63,975 nt of DNA from positions 11,855,998 to 11,919,972 of the forward strand of contig NC_069006.1 of the NCBI RefSeq assembly GCF_001194135.2, in the 5' to 3' direction. Of this stretch, positions 63,774 to 63,975 are shown in pieces. This DNA is from Octopus bimaculoides. Lineage: Eukaryota. A program made the position numbers and the translations under genes. How positions within the stretch are numbered: position 1 is the stretch's first letter; the number at the start of each line of letters is the position of its first letter. The notes under the pieces were generated by a model. It did not search any database and was not told the DNA's origin. It saw only the letters and a list, made by a program, of their open reading frames with translations.

Positions 63774-63975
63774 TTGGCCAAAGTGTTAGCCGAGAGGTTG
63801 GCGCTTGTCATCGAGAAACTAGTCGACAGGGCGCAGACGTGCGCCGTGCCAGGTAGGAGTATCCATGACAACCTCCATCTGATCTGCTACATCATGGACA
63901 GGGTAGTTAAGGAACCTGGCATGGGTGGGGCGCTGATCAATTTGGGTCAATCAAAAGCTTTCGATAGGGTAGACC
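63774..63975 (+). mobile_element. Tx1/L1-clade LINE RT fragment (5'-truncated, runs off the window)
   Basis: Open frame LAKVLAERLALVIEKLVDRAQTCAVPGRSIHDNLHLICYIMDRV..ALINLGQSKAFDRVD, starting directly after a (CTAT)n tract. Confidence 0.9.

Overview
AT-rich, gap-riddled animal scaffold, dense in (TA)n/(TG)n/(GAT)n microsatellites and repeats. The repeat families look like those of an octopus (coleoid cephalopod) genome; this is inference from family appearance, not a database hit. Only one host coding exon is supportable: a large minus-strand exon (about 12810-14711) encoding six TM helices plus the start of a seventh of a PRRT3/PRRT4-like membrane protein. It carries an unusual ~280-aa cytoplasmic loop with a perfect PxIxIT motif and PKA-type sites. 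The rest is intron or intergenic sequence filled with retroelements (RTE, R4/Dong-type, Tx1-type and Penelope-like), DNA transposons (mariner, DD37D/maT, pogo-like and piggyBac-like MITEs, Helitron ends, a 2.9-kb foldback element with an 8-bp TSD) and at least three tRNA-type SINE families. The most notable non-coding signal is a set of minimal type I hammerhead-ribozyme-like motifs from three different short Penelope-like termini. Almost all ORFs in the supplied track are microsatellite or N-gap artefacts.
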